DNA of 64,000 nucleotides from Antedon mediterranea (GCF_964355755.1 NC_092674.1:7068001-7132000); one strand, 5' to 3'; shown: positions 26,333-40,321, numbered from the stretch's first letter. Translations and numbers: made by a program. The notes: generated by a model from the letters alone, not told the origin.

Positions 26333-29300
26333 ATACTTTAAAACCATTGTTTTTCCTATTTTTTATTGTTTACGGAATGTGCTTGTCAGTCGACAATAAG
26401 CCGAAGTACGGTGGCCGAGTGGTTAAGGAGTTGGACTTAAGTTCCAATGGACGTATGTCCGCATGGGATCGAACCCCATCCGTACTAATATTTTAACCCC
26501 ATTGTTTTTCCTATTTTTTATTGTTTACGGAATGTGTTTGTCAGCCGACAATAAGCCGAAGTACGGTGGCCGAGTGGTTTAGGCGTTGGACTTAAGTTCC
26601 AATGGACGTATGTCCGCATCGATTCCAACCCAATCCCTACTAATATTTTAAAACCATTGTTTTTCCTATTTTTTATTGTTTACGGAATGTGTTTGTCAGT
26701 CGACAATAAGCCGAAGTACGGTGGCCGAGTGGTTAAGGCGTTGGACTTAAGTTCCAATGGACGTATGTCCGCATGGGTTTGAACCCCATCCGTACTAACA
26801 TTTTAACACAATTGTTTTTCCTATTTTTAATTTTTTACAAATCGTATTTGTCAGTCACCTTCAAGGGAAAGTACGGTGGCCGAGTGGTTAAGGCGTTGGA
26901 CTTAAGTTCCAATGGACGTATGTCCGCATGGGTTCGAACCCCATCCGTACTAATATTTTAATCCCATTGTTTTTCCTATTTTTTATTGTTTACGGAATGT
27001 GTTTGTCAGTCGAGAATAAGCCGAAGTACGGTGGCCGAGTGGTTAAGGCGTTGGACTTAAGTTCCAATGGACGTATGTCCGCATGAATTCGAACCCCATC
27101 CGTACTAATATTTTAACCCCATTGTTTTTTTTAGATTTTTAATTTTTTACAAATCGTATTTGTCAGTCAACTTCAAGCAAAAGTACGGTGGCCGAGTGGT
27201 TAAGGCGTTGGACTTAAGTTCCAATGGACGTATGTCCGCATCGATTCCAACCCCATCCGTACTAATATTTTAAAACCATTGTTTTTCCTATTTTTTATTG
27301 TTTACGGAATGTGTTTGTCAGTCGACAATAAGCCGAAGTACGGTGGCCGAGTGGTTAAGGCGTTGGACTTAAGTTCCAATGGACGTATGTCCGCATGGGT
27401 TCGAACCCCATCCGTACTAATATTTTAACCCCATTGTTTTTTTTATAGTTTTACTTGTTTACGGAATGTGTTCCCTAATCGAAAACAAGCGCAAGTACGG
27501 TGGCCGAGTGGTTAAGGCGTTGGACTTAAATTCCAATGGACGTATGTCCGCATCGATTCCAACCCAATCCCTACTAATAATTTAAATCAATATTATCCAT
27601 TTTGATAATTGTTTATGAAATGTGTTTGTCTGTCAACTTCAAGGGGAAGTACGGTGGCCGAGTGGTTAAGGCGTTGGACTTAAGTTCCAATGGACGTATG
27701 TCCGCATGGGTTCGAATCCCATCCGCACTAATATTTTAACCCCATTGTTTTTCCTATTTTTTATTGTTTACGGATTGTGTTTGTCAGTCGACAATAAGAC
27801 GAAGTACGGTGGCCGAGTGGTTTAGGCGTTGGACTTAAGTTCCAATGGACGTATGTCCGCATGGGTTTGAACCCCATCCGTACTAATATTTTAACCCCAT
27901 TGTTTTTCCTATTTTTTATTGTTTACGGAATGTGTTTGTCAGTCGACAATAAGCCGAAGTACGGTGGCCGAGTGGTTAAGGCGTTGGACTTAAGTTCCAA
28001 TGGACGTATGTCCGCATGGGTTCGAACCCCATCCGTACTAATATTTTAACCCCATTGTTTTTCCTATTTTTTATTGTTTACGGAATGTGTTTGTCAGTCG
28101 ACAATAAGCCGAAGTACGGTGGCCGAGTGGTTAAGGCCTTGGACTTAAGTTCCAATGGACGTATGTCCGCATGGGTTCGAACCCATCCGTACTAATAATC
28201 TAACACAATGGTTTTTCCTATTTTTAATTTTTTACAAATCGTATTTGTCAGTCAACTTCAAGGGAAAGTATGGTGGCCGAGTGGTTAAGGCGTTGGACTT
28301 AAGTTCCAATGGACGTATGTCCGCATGGGTTCGAACCCCATTCGTACTAATATTTTAACCCCATTGTTTTTCCTATTTTTTATTGTTTACCGAATGTGTT
28401 TGTCAGTCGACAATAAGCCGAAGTACGGTGGCCGAGTGGTTAAGGCGTTGGACTTAAGTTCCAATGGACGTATGTCCGCATGGGTTCGAACCCCATCCGT
28501 ACTAATATTTTAATACAATTGTTTTTCCTATTTTTTATTTTTTTACAAATCGTATTTGTCAGTCAACTTCAAGGGAAAGTACGGTGGCCGAGTGGTTAAG
28601 GCGTTGGACTTAAGTTCCAATGGACGTATGTCCGCATGGGTTCGAACCCCATCCGTACTAATATTTTAACACAATTGTTTTTCCTATTTTTAATTTTTTA
28701 CAAATCGTATTTGTCAGTCAACTTCAAGCGAAAGTACGGTGGCCGAGTTGTTAAGGCGTTGGACTTAAGTTCCAATGGACGTATGTCCGCATGGGTTCGA
28801 ACCCCATCCGTACTAATATTTTAACCCCATTGTTTTTTTTTATATTTTTTACTTGTTTACGAAATGTGTTCCCTAATCGAAAGCAAGCGCAAGTACGGTG
28901 GCTGACTGGTTAAGGCGTTGGACGTAAGTTCCAATGGACGTATGTCCGCATTGGTTCGAACCCCATCCGTACTAATATTTTAAAACCATTGTTTTTCCTA
29001 TTTTTTATTGTTTACGGAATGTGCTTGTCAGTCGACAATAAGCCGAAGTACGGTGGCCGAGTGGTTAAGGCGTTGGACTTAAGTTCCAATGGACGTATGA
29101 CCGCATGGGATCGAACCCCATCCGTACTAATATTTTAACCCCATTGTTTTTCCTATTTTTTATTGTTTACGTAATGTGTTTGTCAGTCGACAATAAGCCG
29201 AAGTACGGTGGCCGAGTGGTTAAGGCGTTGGACTTAAGTTCCAATGGACGTATGTCCGCATGGGTTCGAACCCCATCCGTACTAATATTTTAACCCCATT

Positions 29301-32300
29301 GTTTTTCCTATTTTTTATTGTTTACGGAATGTGTTTGTCAGTCGACAATAAGACGAAGTACGGTGGCCGAGTGGTTTAGGCGTTGGACTTAAGTTCCAAT
29401 GGACGTATGTCCGCATGGGTTTGAACCCCATCCGTACTAATATTTTAACCCCATTGTTTTTCCTATTTTTTATTGTTTACGGAATGTGTTTGTCAGTCGA
29501 CAATAAGCCGAAGTACGGTGGCCGAGTGGTTAAGGCGTTGGACTTAAGTTCCAATGGACGTATGTCCGCATGGGTTCGAACCCCATCCGTACTAATATTT
29601 TAACCCCATTGTTTTTCCTATTTTTTATTGTTTACGGAATGTGTTTGTCAGTCGACAATAAGCCGAAGTACGGTGGCCGAGTGGTTAAGGCCTTGGACTT
29701 AAGTTCCAATGGACGTATGTCCGCATGGGTTCGAACCCATCCGTACTAATACTTTAACACAATGGTTTTTCCTATTTTTAATTTTTTACAAATCGTATTT
29801 GTCAGTCAACTTCAAGGGAAAGTATGGTGGCCGAGTGGTTAAGGCGTTGGACTTAAGTTCCAATGGACGTATGTCCGCATGGGTTCGAACCCCATCCGTA
29901 CTAATATTTTAACCCCATTGTTTTTCCTATTTTTTATTGTTTACGGAATGTGTTTGTCAGTCGACAATAAGCCGAAGTACGGTGGCCGAGTGGTTAAGGC
30001 GTTGGACTTAAGTTCCAATGGACGTATGTCCGCATGGGTTCGAACCCCATCCGTACTAATATTTTAATACAATTGTTTTTCCTATTTTTTATTTTTTACA
30101 AATCGTATTTGTCAGTCAACTTCAAGGGAAAGTACGGTGGCCGAGTGGTTAAGGCGTTGGACTTAAGTTCCAATGGACGTATGTCCGCATGGGTTCGAAC
30201 CCCATCCATACTAATATTTTAACACAATTGTTTTTCCTATTTTTAATTTTTTTCAAATCGTATTTGTCAGTCAACTTCAAGCGAAAGTACGGTGGCCGAG
30301 TTGTTAAGGCGTTGGACTTAAGTTCCAATGGACGTATGTCCGCATGGGTTCGAACCCCATCCGTACTAATATTTTAACCCCATTGTTTTTTTTTATATTT
30401 TTTACTTGTTTACAAAATGTGTTCCCTAATCGAAAGCAAGCGCAAGTACGGTGGCTGACTGGTTAAGGCGTTGGACGTAAGTTCCAATGGACGTATGTCC
30501 GCATTGGTTCGAACCCCATCCGTACTAATATTTTAAAACCATTGTTTTTCCTATTTTTTATTGTTTACGGAATGTGCTTGTCAGTCGACAATAAGCCGAA
30601 GTACGGTGGCCGAGTGGTTAAGGCGTTGGACTTAAGTTCCAATGGACGTATGACCGCATGGGATCGAACCCCATCCGTACTAATATTTTAACCCCATTGT
30701 TTTTTCTATTTTTTATTGTTTACGTAATGTGTTTGTCAGTCGACAATAAGCCGAAGTACGGTGGCCGAGTGGTTAAGGCGTTGGACTTAAGTTCCAATGG
30801 ACGTATGTCCGCATGGGTTCGAACCCCATCCGTACTAATATTTTAACCCCATTGTTTTTTTTTATATTTTTTACTTGTTTACGAAATGTGTTCCCTAATC
30901 GAAAGCAAGCGCAAGTACGGTGGCTGACTGGTTAAGGCGTTGGACGTAAGTTCCAATGGACGTATGTCCGCATTGGTTCGAACCCCATCCGTACTAATAT
31001 TTTAAAACCATTGTTTTTCCTATTTTTTATTGTTTACGGAATGTGCTTGTCAGTCGACAATAAGCCGAAGTACGGTGGCCGAGTGGTTAAGGCGTTGGAC
31101 TTAAGTTCCAATGGACGTATGACCGCATGGGATCGAACCCCATCCGTACTAATATTTTAACCCCATTGTTTTTCCTATTTTTTATTGTTTACGTAATGTG
31201 TTTGTCAGTCGACAATAAGCCGAAGTACGGTGGCCGAGTGGTTAAGGCGTTGGACTTAAGTTCCAATGGACGTATGTCCGCATGGGTTCGAACCCCATCC
31301 GTACTAATATTTTAACCCCATTGTTTTTCCTATTTTTTATTGTTTACGGAATGTGTTTGTCAGTCGACAATAAGACGAAGTACGGTGGCCGAGTGGTTTA
31401 GGCGTTGGACTTAAGTTCCAATGGACGTATGTCCGCATGGGTTTGAACCCCATCCGTACTAATATTTTAACCCCATTGTTTTTCCTATTTTTTATTGTTT
31501 ACGGAATGTGTTTGTCAGTCGACAATAAGCCGAAGTACGGTGGCCGAGTGGTTAAGGCGTTGGACTTAAGTTCCAATGGACGTATGTCCGCATGGGTTCG
31601 AACCCCATCCGTACTAATATTTTAACCCCATTGTTTTTCCTATTTTTTATTGTTTACGGAATGTGTTTGTCAGTCGACAATAAGCCGAAGTACGGTGGCC
31701 GAGTGGTTAAGGCCTTGGACTTAAGTTCCAATGGACGTATGTCCGCATGGGTTCGAACCCATCCGTACTAATACTTTAACACAATGGTTTTTCCTATTTT
31801 TAATTTTTTACAAATCGTATTTGTCAGTCAACTTCAAGGGAAAGTATGGTGGCCGAGTGGTTAAGGCGTTGGACTTAAGTTCCAATGGACGTATGTCCGC
31901 ATGGGTTCGAACCCCATCCGTACTAATATTTTAACCCCATTGTTTTTCCTATTTTTTATTGTTTACGGAATGTGTTTGTCAGTCGATAATAAGCCGAAGT
32001 ACGGTGGCCGAGTGGTTAAGGCGTTGGACTTAAGTTCCAATGGACGTATGTCCGCATGGGTTCGAACCCCATCCGTACTAATATTTTAATACAATTGTTT
32101 TTCCTATTTTTTATTTTTTACAAATCGTATTTGTCAGTCAACTTCAAGGGAAAGTACGGTGGCCGAGTGGTTAAGGCGTTGGACTTAAGTTCCAATGGAC
32201 GTATGTCCGCATGGGTTCGAACCCCATCCGTACTAATATTTTAACACAATTGTTTTTCCTATTTTTAATTTTTTTCAAATCGTATTTGTCAGTCAACTTC

Positions 32301-35300
32301 AAGCGAAAGTACGGTGGCCGAGTTGTTAAGGCGTTGGACTTAAGTTCCAATGGACGTATGTCCGCATGGGTTCGAACCCCATCCGTACTAATATTTTAAC
32401 CCCATTGTTTTTTTTGATATTTTTTACTTGTTTACGAAATGTGTTCCCTAATCGAAAGCAAGCGCAAGTACGGTGGCTGACTGGTTAAGGCGTTGGACGT
32501 AAGTTCCAATGGACGTATGTCCGCATTGGTTCGAACCCCATCCGTACTAATATTTTAAAACCATTGTTTTTCCTATTTTTTATTGTTTACGGAATGTGCT
32601 TGTCAGTCGACAATAAGCCGAAGTACGGTGGCCGAGTGGTTAAGGCGTTGGACTTAAGTTCCAATGGACGTATGACCGCATGGGATCGAACCCCATCCGT
32701 ACTAATATTTTAACCCCATTGTTTTTCCTATTTTTTATTGTTTACGTAATGTGTTTGTCAGTCGACAATAAGCCGAAGTACGGTGGCCGAGTGGTTAAGG
32801 CGTTGGACTTAAGTTCCAATGGACGTATGTCCGCATGGGTTCGAACCCCATCCGTACTAATATTTTAACCCCATTGTTTTTCCTATTTTTTATTGTTTAC
32901 GGAATGTGTTTGTCAGTCGACAATAAGACGAAGTACGGTGGCCGAGTGGTTTAGGCGTTGGACTTAAGTTCCAATGGACGTATGTCCGCATGGGTTTGAA
33001 CCCCATCCGTACTAATATTTTAACCCCATTGTTTTTCCTATTTTTTATTGTTTACGGAATGTGTTTGTCAGTCGACAATAAGCCGAAGTACGGTGGCCGA
33101 GTGGTTAAGGCGTTGGACTTAAGTTCCAATGGACGTATGTCCGCATGGGTTCGAACCCCATCCGTACTAATATTTTAACCCCATTGTTTTTCCTATTTTT
33201 TATTGTTTACGGAATGTGTTTGTCAGTCGACAATAAGCCGAAGTACGGTGGCCGAGTGGTTAAGGCCTTGGACTTAAGTTCCAATGGACGTATGTCCGCA
33301 TGGGTTCGAACCCATCCGTACTAATACTTTAACACAATGGTTTTTCCTATTTTTAATTTTTTACAAATCGTATTTGTCAGTCAACTTCAAGGGAAAGTAT
33401 GGTGGCCGAGTGGTTAAGGCGTTGGACTTAAGTTCCAATGGACGTATGTCCGCATGGGTTCGAACCCCATCCGTACTAATATTTTAACCCCATTGTTTTT
33501 CCTATTTTTTATTGTTTACGGAATGTGTTTGTCAGTCGACAATAAGCCGAAGTACGGTGGCCGAGTGGTTAAGGCGTTGGACTTAAGTTCCAATGGACGT
33601 ATGTCCGCATGGGTTCGAACCCCATCCGTACTAATATTTTAACCCCATTGTTTTTCCTATTTTTTATTGTTTACGGAATGTGTTTGTCAGTCGACAATAA
33701 GACGAAGTACGGTGGCCGAGTGGTTTAGGCGTTGGACTTAAGTTCCAATGGACGTATGTCCGCATGGGTTTGAACCCCATCCGTACTAATATTTTAACCC
33801 CATTGTTTTTCCTATTTTTTATTGTTTACGGAATGTGTTTGTCAGTCGACAATAAGCCGAAGTACGGTGGCCGAGTGGTTAAGGCGTTGGACTTAAGTTC
33901 CAATGGACGTATGTCCGCATGGGTTCGAACCCCATCCGTACTAATATTTTAACCCCATTGTTTTTCCTATTTTTTATTGTTTACGGAATGTGTTTGTCAG
34001 TCGACAATAAGCCGAAGTACGGTGGCCGAGTGGTTAAGGCCTTGGACTTAAGTTCCAATGGACGTATGTCCGCATGGGTTCGAACCCATCCGTACTAATA
34101 CTTTAACACAATGGTTTTTCCTATTTTTAATTTTTTACAAATCGTATTTGTCAGTCAACTTCAAGGGAAAGTATGGTGGCCGAGTGGTTAAGGCGTTGGA
34201 CTTAAGTTCCAATGGACGTATGTCCGCATGGGTTCGAACCCCATCCGTACTAATATTTTAACCCCATTGTTTTTCCTATTTTTTATTGTTTACGGAATGT
34301 GTTTGTCAGTCGACAATAAGCCGAAGTACGGTGGCCGAGTGGTTAAGGCGTTGGACTTAAGTTCCAATGGACGTATGTCCGCATGGGTTCGAACCCCATC
34401 CGTACTAATATTTTAATACAATTGTTTTTCCTATTTTCTATTTTTTACAAATCGTATTTGTCAGTCAACTTCAAGGGAAAGTACGGTGGCCGAGTGGTTA
34501 AGGCGTTGGACTTAAGTTCCAATGGACGTATGTCCGCATGGGTTCGAACCCCATCCGTACTAATATTTTAACACAATTGTTTTTCCTATTTTTAATTTTT
34601 TTCAAATCGTATTTGTCAGTCAACTTCAAGCGAAAGTACGGTGGCCGAGTTGTTAAGGTGTTGGACTTAAGTTCCAATGGACGTATGTCCGCATGGGTTC
34701 GAACCCCATCCGTACTAATATTTTAACCCCATTGTTTTTTTTTATATTTTTTACTTGTTTACGAAATGTGTTCCCTAATCGAAAGCAAGCGCAAGTACGG
34801 TGGCTGACTGGTTAAGGCGTTGGACGTAAGTTCCAATGGACGTATGTCCGCATTGGTTCGAACCCCATCCGTACTAATATTTTAAAACCATTGTTTTTCC
34901 TATTTTTTATTGTTTACGGAATGTGCTTGTCAGTCGACAATAAGCCGAAGTACGGTGGCCGAGTGGTTAAGGCGTTGGACTTAAGTTCCAATGGACGTAT
35001 GACCGCATGGGATCGAACCCCATCCGTACTAATATTTTAACCCCATTGTTTTTCCTATTTTTTATTGTTTACGTAATGTGTTTGTCAGTCGACAATAAGC
35101 CGAAGTACGGTGGCCGAGTGGTTAAGGCGTTGGACTTAAGTTCCAATGGACGTATGTCCGCATGGGTTCGAACCCCATCCGTACTAATATTTTAACCCCA
35201 TTGTTTTTCCTATTTTTTATTGTTTACGGAATGTGTTTGTCAGTCGACAATAAGACGAAGTACGGTGGCCGAGTGGTTTAGGCGTTGGACTTAAGTTCCA

Positions 35301-37121
35301 ATGGACGTATGTCCGCATGGGTTTGAACCCCATCCGTACTAATATTTTAACCCCATTGTTTTTCCTATTTTTTATTGTTTACGGAATGTGTTTGTCAGTC
35401 GACAATAAGCCGAAGTACGGTGGCCGAGTGGTTAAGGCGTTGGACTTAAGTTCCAATGGACGTATGTCCGCATGGGTTCGAACCCCATCCGTACTAATAT
35501 TTTAACCCCATTGTTTTTCCTATTTTTTATTGTTTACGGAATGTGTTTGTCAGTCGACAATAAGCCGAAGTACGGTGGCCGAGTGGTTAAGGCCTTGGAC
35601 TTAAGTTCCAATGGACGTATGTCCGCATGGGTTCGAACCCATCCGTACTAATACTTTAACACAATGGTTTTTCCTATTTTTAATTTTTTACAAATCGTAT
35701 TTGTCAGTCAACTTCAAGGGAAAGTATGGTGGCCGAGTGGTTAAGGCGTTGGACTTAAGTTCCAATGGACGTATGTCCGCATCGATTCCAACCCAATCCC
35801 TACTAATATTTTAAAACCATTGTTTTTCCTATTTTTTATTGTTTACGGAATGTGTTTGTCAGTCGACAATAAGCCGAAGTACGGTGGCCGAGTGGTTAAG
35901 GCGTTGGACTTAAGTTCCAATGGACGTATGTCCGCATGGGTTTGAACCCCATCCGTACTAACATTTTAACACAATTGTTTTTCCTATTTTTAATTTTTTA
36001 CAAATCGTATTTGTCAGTCACCTTCAAGGGAAAGTACGGTGGCCGAGTGGTTAAGGCGTTGGACTTAAGTTCCAATGGACGTATGTCCGCATGGGTTCGA
36101 ACCCCATCCGTACTAATATTTTAACCCCATTGTTTTTCCTATTTTTTATTGTTTACGGAATGTGTTTGTCAGTCGAGAATAAGCCGAAGTACGGTGGCCG
36201 AGTGGTTAAGGCGTTGGACTTAAGTTCCAATGGACGTATGTCCGCATGAATTCGAACCCCATCCGTACTAATATTTTAACCCCATTGTTTTTCCTATTTT
36301 TAATTTTTTACAAATCGTATTTGTCAGTCAACTTCAAGCAAAAGTACGGTGGCCGAGTGGTTAAGGCGTTGGACTTAAGTTCCAATGGACGTATGTCCGC
36401 ATCGATTCCAACCCAATCCCTACTAATATTTTAAATCAATATTATCCATTTTTGATAATTGTTTATGAAATGTGTTTGTCAACAACTAACAAGCACAAGT
36501 ACGGTGGCCGAGTGGTTAAGGCGTTGGACTTAAGTTCCAATGGACGTATGTCCGCATTGGTTCGAACCCCATCCGTACTAATATTTTAAAACCATTGTTT
36601 TTCCTATTTTTTATTGTTTACGGAATGTGTTTGTCAGTCGACAATAAGCCGAAGTACGGTGGCCGAGTGGTTAAGGCGTTGGACTTAAGTTCCAATGGAC
36701 GTATGTCCGCATGGGTTCGAACCCCATCCATACTAATATTTTAATACAATTGTTTTTCCTATTTTTTATTTTTTACAAATCGTATTTGTCAGTCAACTTC
36801 AAGGGAAAGTACGGTGGCCGAGTGGTTAAGGCGTTGGACTTAAGTTCCAATGGACGTATGTCCGCATGGGTTCGAACCCCATCCGTACTAATATTTTAAC
36901 ACAATTGTTTTTCCTATTTTTAATTTTTTACAAATCGTATTTGTCAGTCAACTTCAAGCGAAAGTACGGTGGCCGAGTGGTTAAGGCGTTGGACTTAAGT
37001 TCCAATGGACATATGTCCGCATGGGTTCGAACCCCATCCGTACTAATATTTTAACCCCATTGTTTTTTTTTATATTTTTTACTTGTTTACGAAATGTGTT
37101 CCCTAATCGAAAGCAAGCGCA

Positions 37122-37212
37122 AGTACGGTGGCTGACTGGTTAAGGCGTTGGACTTTAGTTCCAATGGCCCAATGGACGTATGTCCGCATTGGTTCGAACC
37201 CCATCCGTACTA
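37122..37212 (+). pseudogene. Second copy of the TTA-anticodon tRNA-Leu variant
   Basis: Same sequence as 26242-26332, offset 10880 bp. Confidence 0.8.
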
Positions 37213-39770
37213 ATACTTTAAAACCATTGTTTTTCCTATTTTTTATTGTTTACGGAATGTGCTTGTCAGTCGACAATAAGCCGAAGTACGGTGGCCGAGT
37301 GGTTAAGGAGTTGGACTTAAGTTCCAATGGACGTATGTCCGCATGGGATCGAACCCCATCCGTACTAATATTTTAACCCCATTGTTTTTCCTATTTTTTA
37401 TTGTTTACGGAATGTGTTTGTCAGCCGACAATAAGCCGAAGTACGGTGGCCGAGTGGTTTAGGCGTTGGACTTAAGTTCCAATGGACGTATGTCCGCATC
37501 GATTCCAACCCAATCCCTACTAATATTTTAAAACCATTGTTTTTCCTATTTTTTATTGTTTACGGAATGTGTTTGTCAGTCGACAATAAGCCGAAGTACG
37601 GTGGCCGAGTGGTTAAGGCGTTGGACTTAAGTTCCAATGGACGTATGTCCGCATGGGTTTGAACCCCATCCGTACTAACATTTTAACACAATTGTTTTTC
37701 CTATTTTTAATTTTTTACAAATCGTATTTGTCAGTCACCTTCAAGGGAAAGTACGGTGGCCGAGTGGTTAAGGCGTTGGACTTAAGTTCCAATGGACGTA
37801 TGTCCGCATGGGTTCGAACCCCATCCGTACTAATATTTTAACCCCATTGTTTTTCCTATTTTTTATTGTTTACGGAATGTGTTTGTCAGTCGAGAATAAG
37901 CCGAAGTACGGTGGCCGAGTGGTTAAGGCGTTGGACTTAAGTTCCAATGGACGTATGTCCGCATGAATTCGAACCCCATCCGTACTAATATTTTAACCCC
38001 ATTGTTTTTTTTAGATTTTTAATTTTTTACAAATCGTATTTGTCAGTCAACTTCAAGCAAAAGTACGGTGGCCGAGTGGTTAAGGCGTTGGACTTAAGTT
38101 CCAATGGACGTATGTCCGCATCGATTCCAACCCCATCCGTACTAATATTTTAAAACCATTGTTTTTCCTATTTTTTATTGTTTACGGAATGTGTTTGTCA
38201 GTCGACAATAAGCCGAAGTACGGTGGCCGAGTGGTTAAGGCGTTGGACTTAAGTTCCAATGGACGTATGTCCGCATGGGTTCGAACCCCATCCGTACTAA
38301 TATTTTAACCCCATTGTTTTTTTTATAGTTTTACTTGTTTACGGAATGTGTTCCCTAATCGAAAACAAGCGCAAGTACGGTGGCCGAGTGGTTAAGGCGT
38401 TGGACTTAAATTCCAATGGACGTATGTCCGCATCGATTCCAACCCAATCCCTACTAATAATTTAAATCAATATTATCCATTTTGATAATTGTTTATGAAA
38501 TGTGTTTGTCTGTCAACTTCAAGGGGAAGTACGGTGGCCGAGTGGTTAAGGCGTTGGACTTAAGTTCCAATGGACGTATGTCCGCATGGGTTCGAACCCC
38601 ATCCGTACTAATATTTTAATACAATTGTTTTTCCTATTTTAAATTTTTTACACATCGTATTTGTCAGTCAACTTCAAGGGAAAGTACGGTTGCCGAGTGG
38701 TTAAGGCGTTGGACTTAAGTTCCAATGGACGTATGTCCGCATGGGTTCGAACCCCATCCGTACTAATATTTTAAAACCATTGTTTTTCCTATTTTTTATT
38801 GTTTACGGAATGAGTTTGTCAGTCGACAATAAGCCGAAGTACGGTGGCCGAGTGGTTAAGGCGTTGGACTTAAGTTCCAATGGACGTATGTCCGCATGGG
38901 TTCGAACCCCATCCGTACTAACATTTTAAAACCATTGTGTTTCCTATTTTTTTATTGTTTACGGAATGTGTTTGTCAGTCGACAATAAGCCGAAGTACGG
39001 TGGCCGAGTGGTTAAGGCGTTGGGCTTAAGTTCCAATGGACGTATGTCCGCATGGGTTCGAACCCCATCCGTACTAAAATTTTAACACAATTGTTTTTCC
39101 TATTTTTAATTTTTTACAAATCGTATTTGTCAGTCAACTTCAAGCGAAAGTACGGTGGCCGAGTGGTTAAGGCGTTGGCCTTAAGTTCCAATGGACGTAT
39201 GTCCGCATGGGTTCGAACCCCATCCGTACTAATATTTTAACCCCATTGTTTTTTATATAGTTTTACTTGTTTACGGAATGTGTTCCCTAATCGAAAACAA
39301 GCGCAAGTACGGTGGCCGAGTGGTTAAGGCGTTGGACTTAAGTTCCAATGGACGTATGTCCGCATCGATTACAATCCAATCCTTACTAATATTTTAAATC
39401 AATATTATCTATTTTTGATAATTGTTTACGAAATGTGTTCCCTAATCGAAAGCAAGCGCAAGTACGGTGGCTGACTGGTTAAGGCGTTGGACTTAAGTTC
39501 CAATGGACGTATGTCCGCATTGGTTCGAACCCCGTCCGTACTAATATTTTAAAACCATTGTTTTTCCTATTTTTTATTGTTTACGAAATGTGTTTGTCAG
39601 TCGGCAATAAGCCGAAGTACGGTGGCAGAGGGGTTAAGGCGTTAGACTTAAGTTCCAATGGACGTATGTCCGCATGGGTTCGAACCCCATCCGTACTAAT
39701 ATTTTAACCCCATTGTTTTTCCTATTTTTAATTTTTTACAAATCGTATTTGTCAGTCAACTTCAAGCAAA

Positions 39771-39853
39771 TGTACGGTGGCCGAGTGGTTAAGGCGTTGG
39801 ACTTAAGTTCCAATGGACGTATGTCCGCATGGGTTCGAACCCCATCCGTACTA
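39771..39853 (+). tRNA. trnL-UAA: Last array copy, tRNA-Leu(TAA) with A1>T, followed by a long T-run terminator
   Basis: tgtacggtggccgag...ccgtacta, then atac and a ~10-T run, then unique sequence. Confidence 0.8.
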
Positions 39854-40186
39854 ATACTTTTTTTTTGTAAGCATATTTTTGTTTTATAGATTAGAATACC
39901 TGTTGTTATTATACGGTATACATTTACATACCACATTCTCCACACCATGTTTTTGAGGTATTTTAACGTAAGATTCCGCCAATACCAGTTTTATTATATT
40001 TTCGATAAGTTAATATTGAGTTATATACATTAGACGGCTTGTGAGCAATTACAGTCAGTATAATATATGGTAAGTAAGCTTAAGTTAGTTTAAGTTACTT
40101 TTAATGGTTGTTTGAATGAATCTTTTCGGGTAGCGAAAACATTGAGGTTTGAGGCTAAGCTATTTCAGTTCTGCTGCTTGATTAGA

Positions 40187-40321
40187 CTTGCCCCAAGTCT
40201 GTTATTATTTCGAGGCTTTTCAATGTTTGTATGAAATACAAGCTCAAGTAGTACATGTATGAAAAACCATATGTGCCAAAATAGTTTTATTTTTACTAAT
40301 ATTCAGTCAAAACTCCGTCTG
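40187..40321 (+). repeat. Interspersed repeat fragment, similar to 47681-47839
   Basis: Shared blocks ttgc(c/t)ccaagtctgt, aaatacaa(g)ctcaagta, tttttactaatatt(c/a)ag(t/a)caaaactccgtctgg. Confidence 0.6.

Larger units (their letters stand above)
3571..39853 (+). repeat. Tandem array of ~234 tRNA-Leu(TAA) gene/pseudogene monomers (~155 bp) with higher-order repeat structure
   Basis: Continuous repetition of the 83-nt tRNA plus ~72-76 nt spacer. Count estimated as length / ~155.4 bp. Variant monomers recur at 1553-1554, 6217 and 10880 bp offsets. Confidence 0.98.

Noticed and set aside
3571-39853. CRISPR-like repeat/spacer appearance
   Set aside because: The repeat is an 83-nt tRNA, the spacers are homologous to each other, there are no cas genes, and the context is eukaryotic.
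3571-39853. Tandem tRNA-derived SINEs
   Set aside because: There is no SINE body, tail or TSDs. The acceptor stem is fully paired and terminators follow immediately.
3926-39889. Over 100 ORFs of 62-82 aa (MGSNPIRTNIL...)
   Set aside because: They are chance translations of the tRNA+spacer monomer, overlapping and frequently broken by indels. Conservation follows the cloverleaf, not codons.
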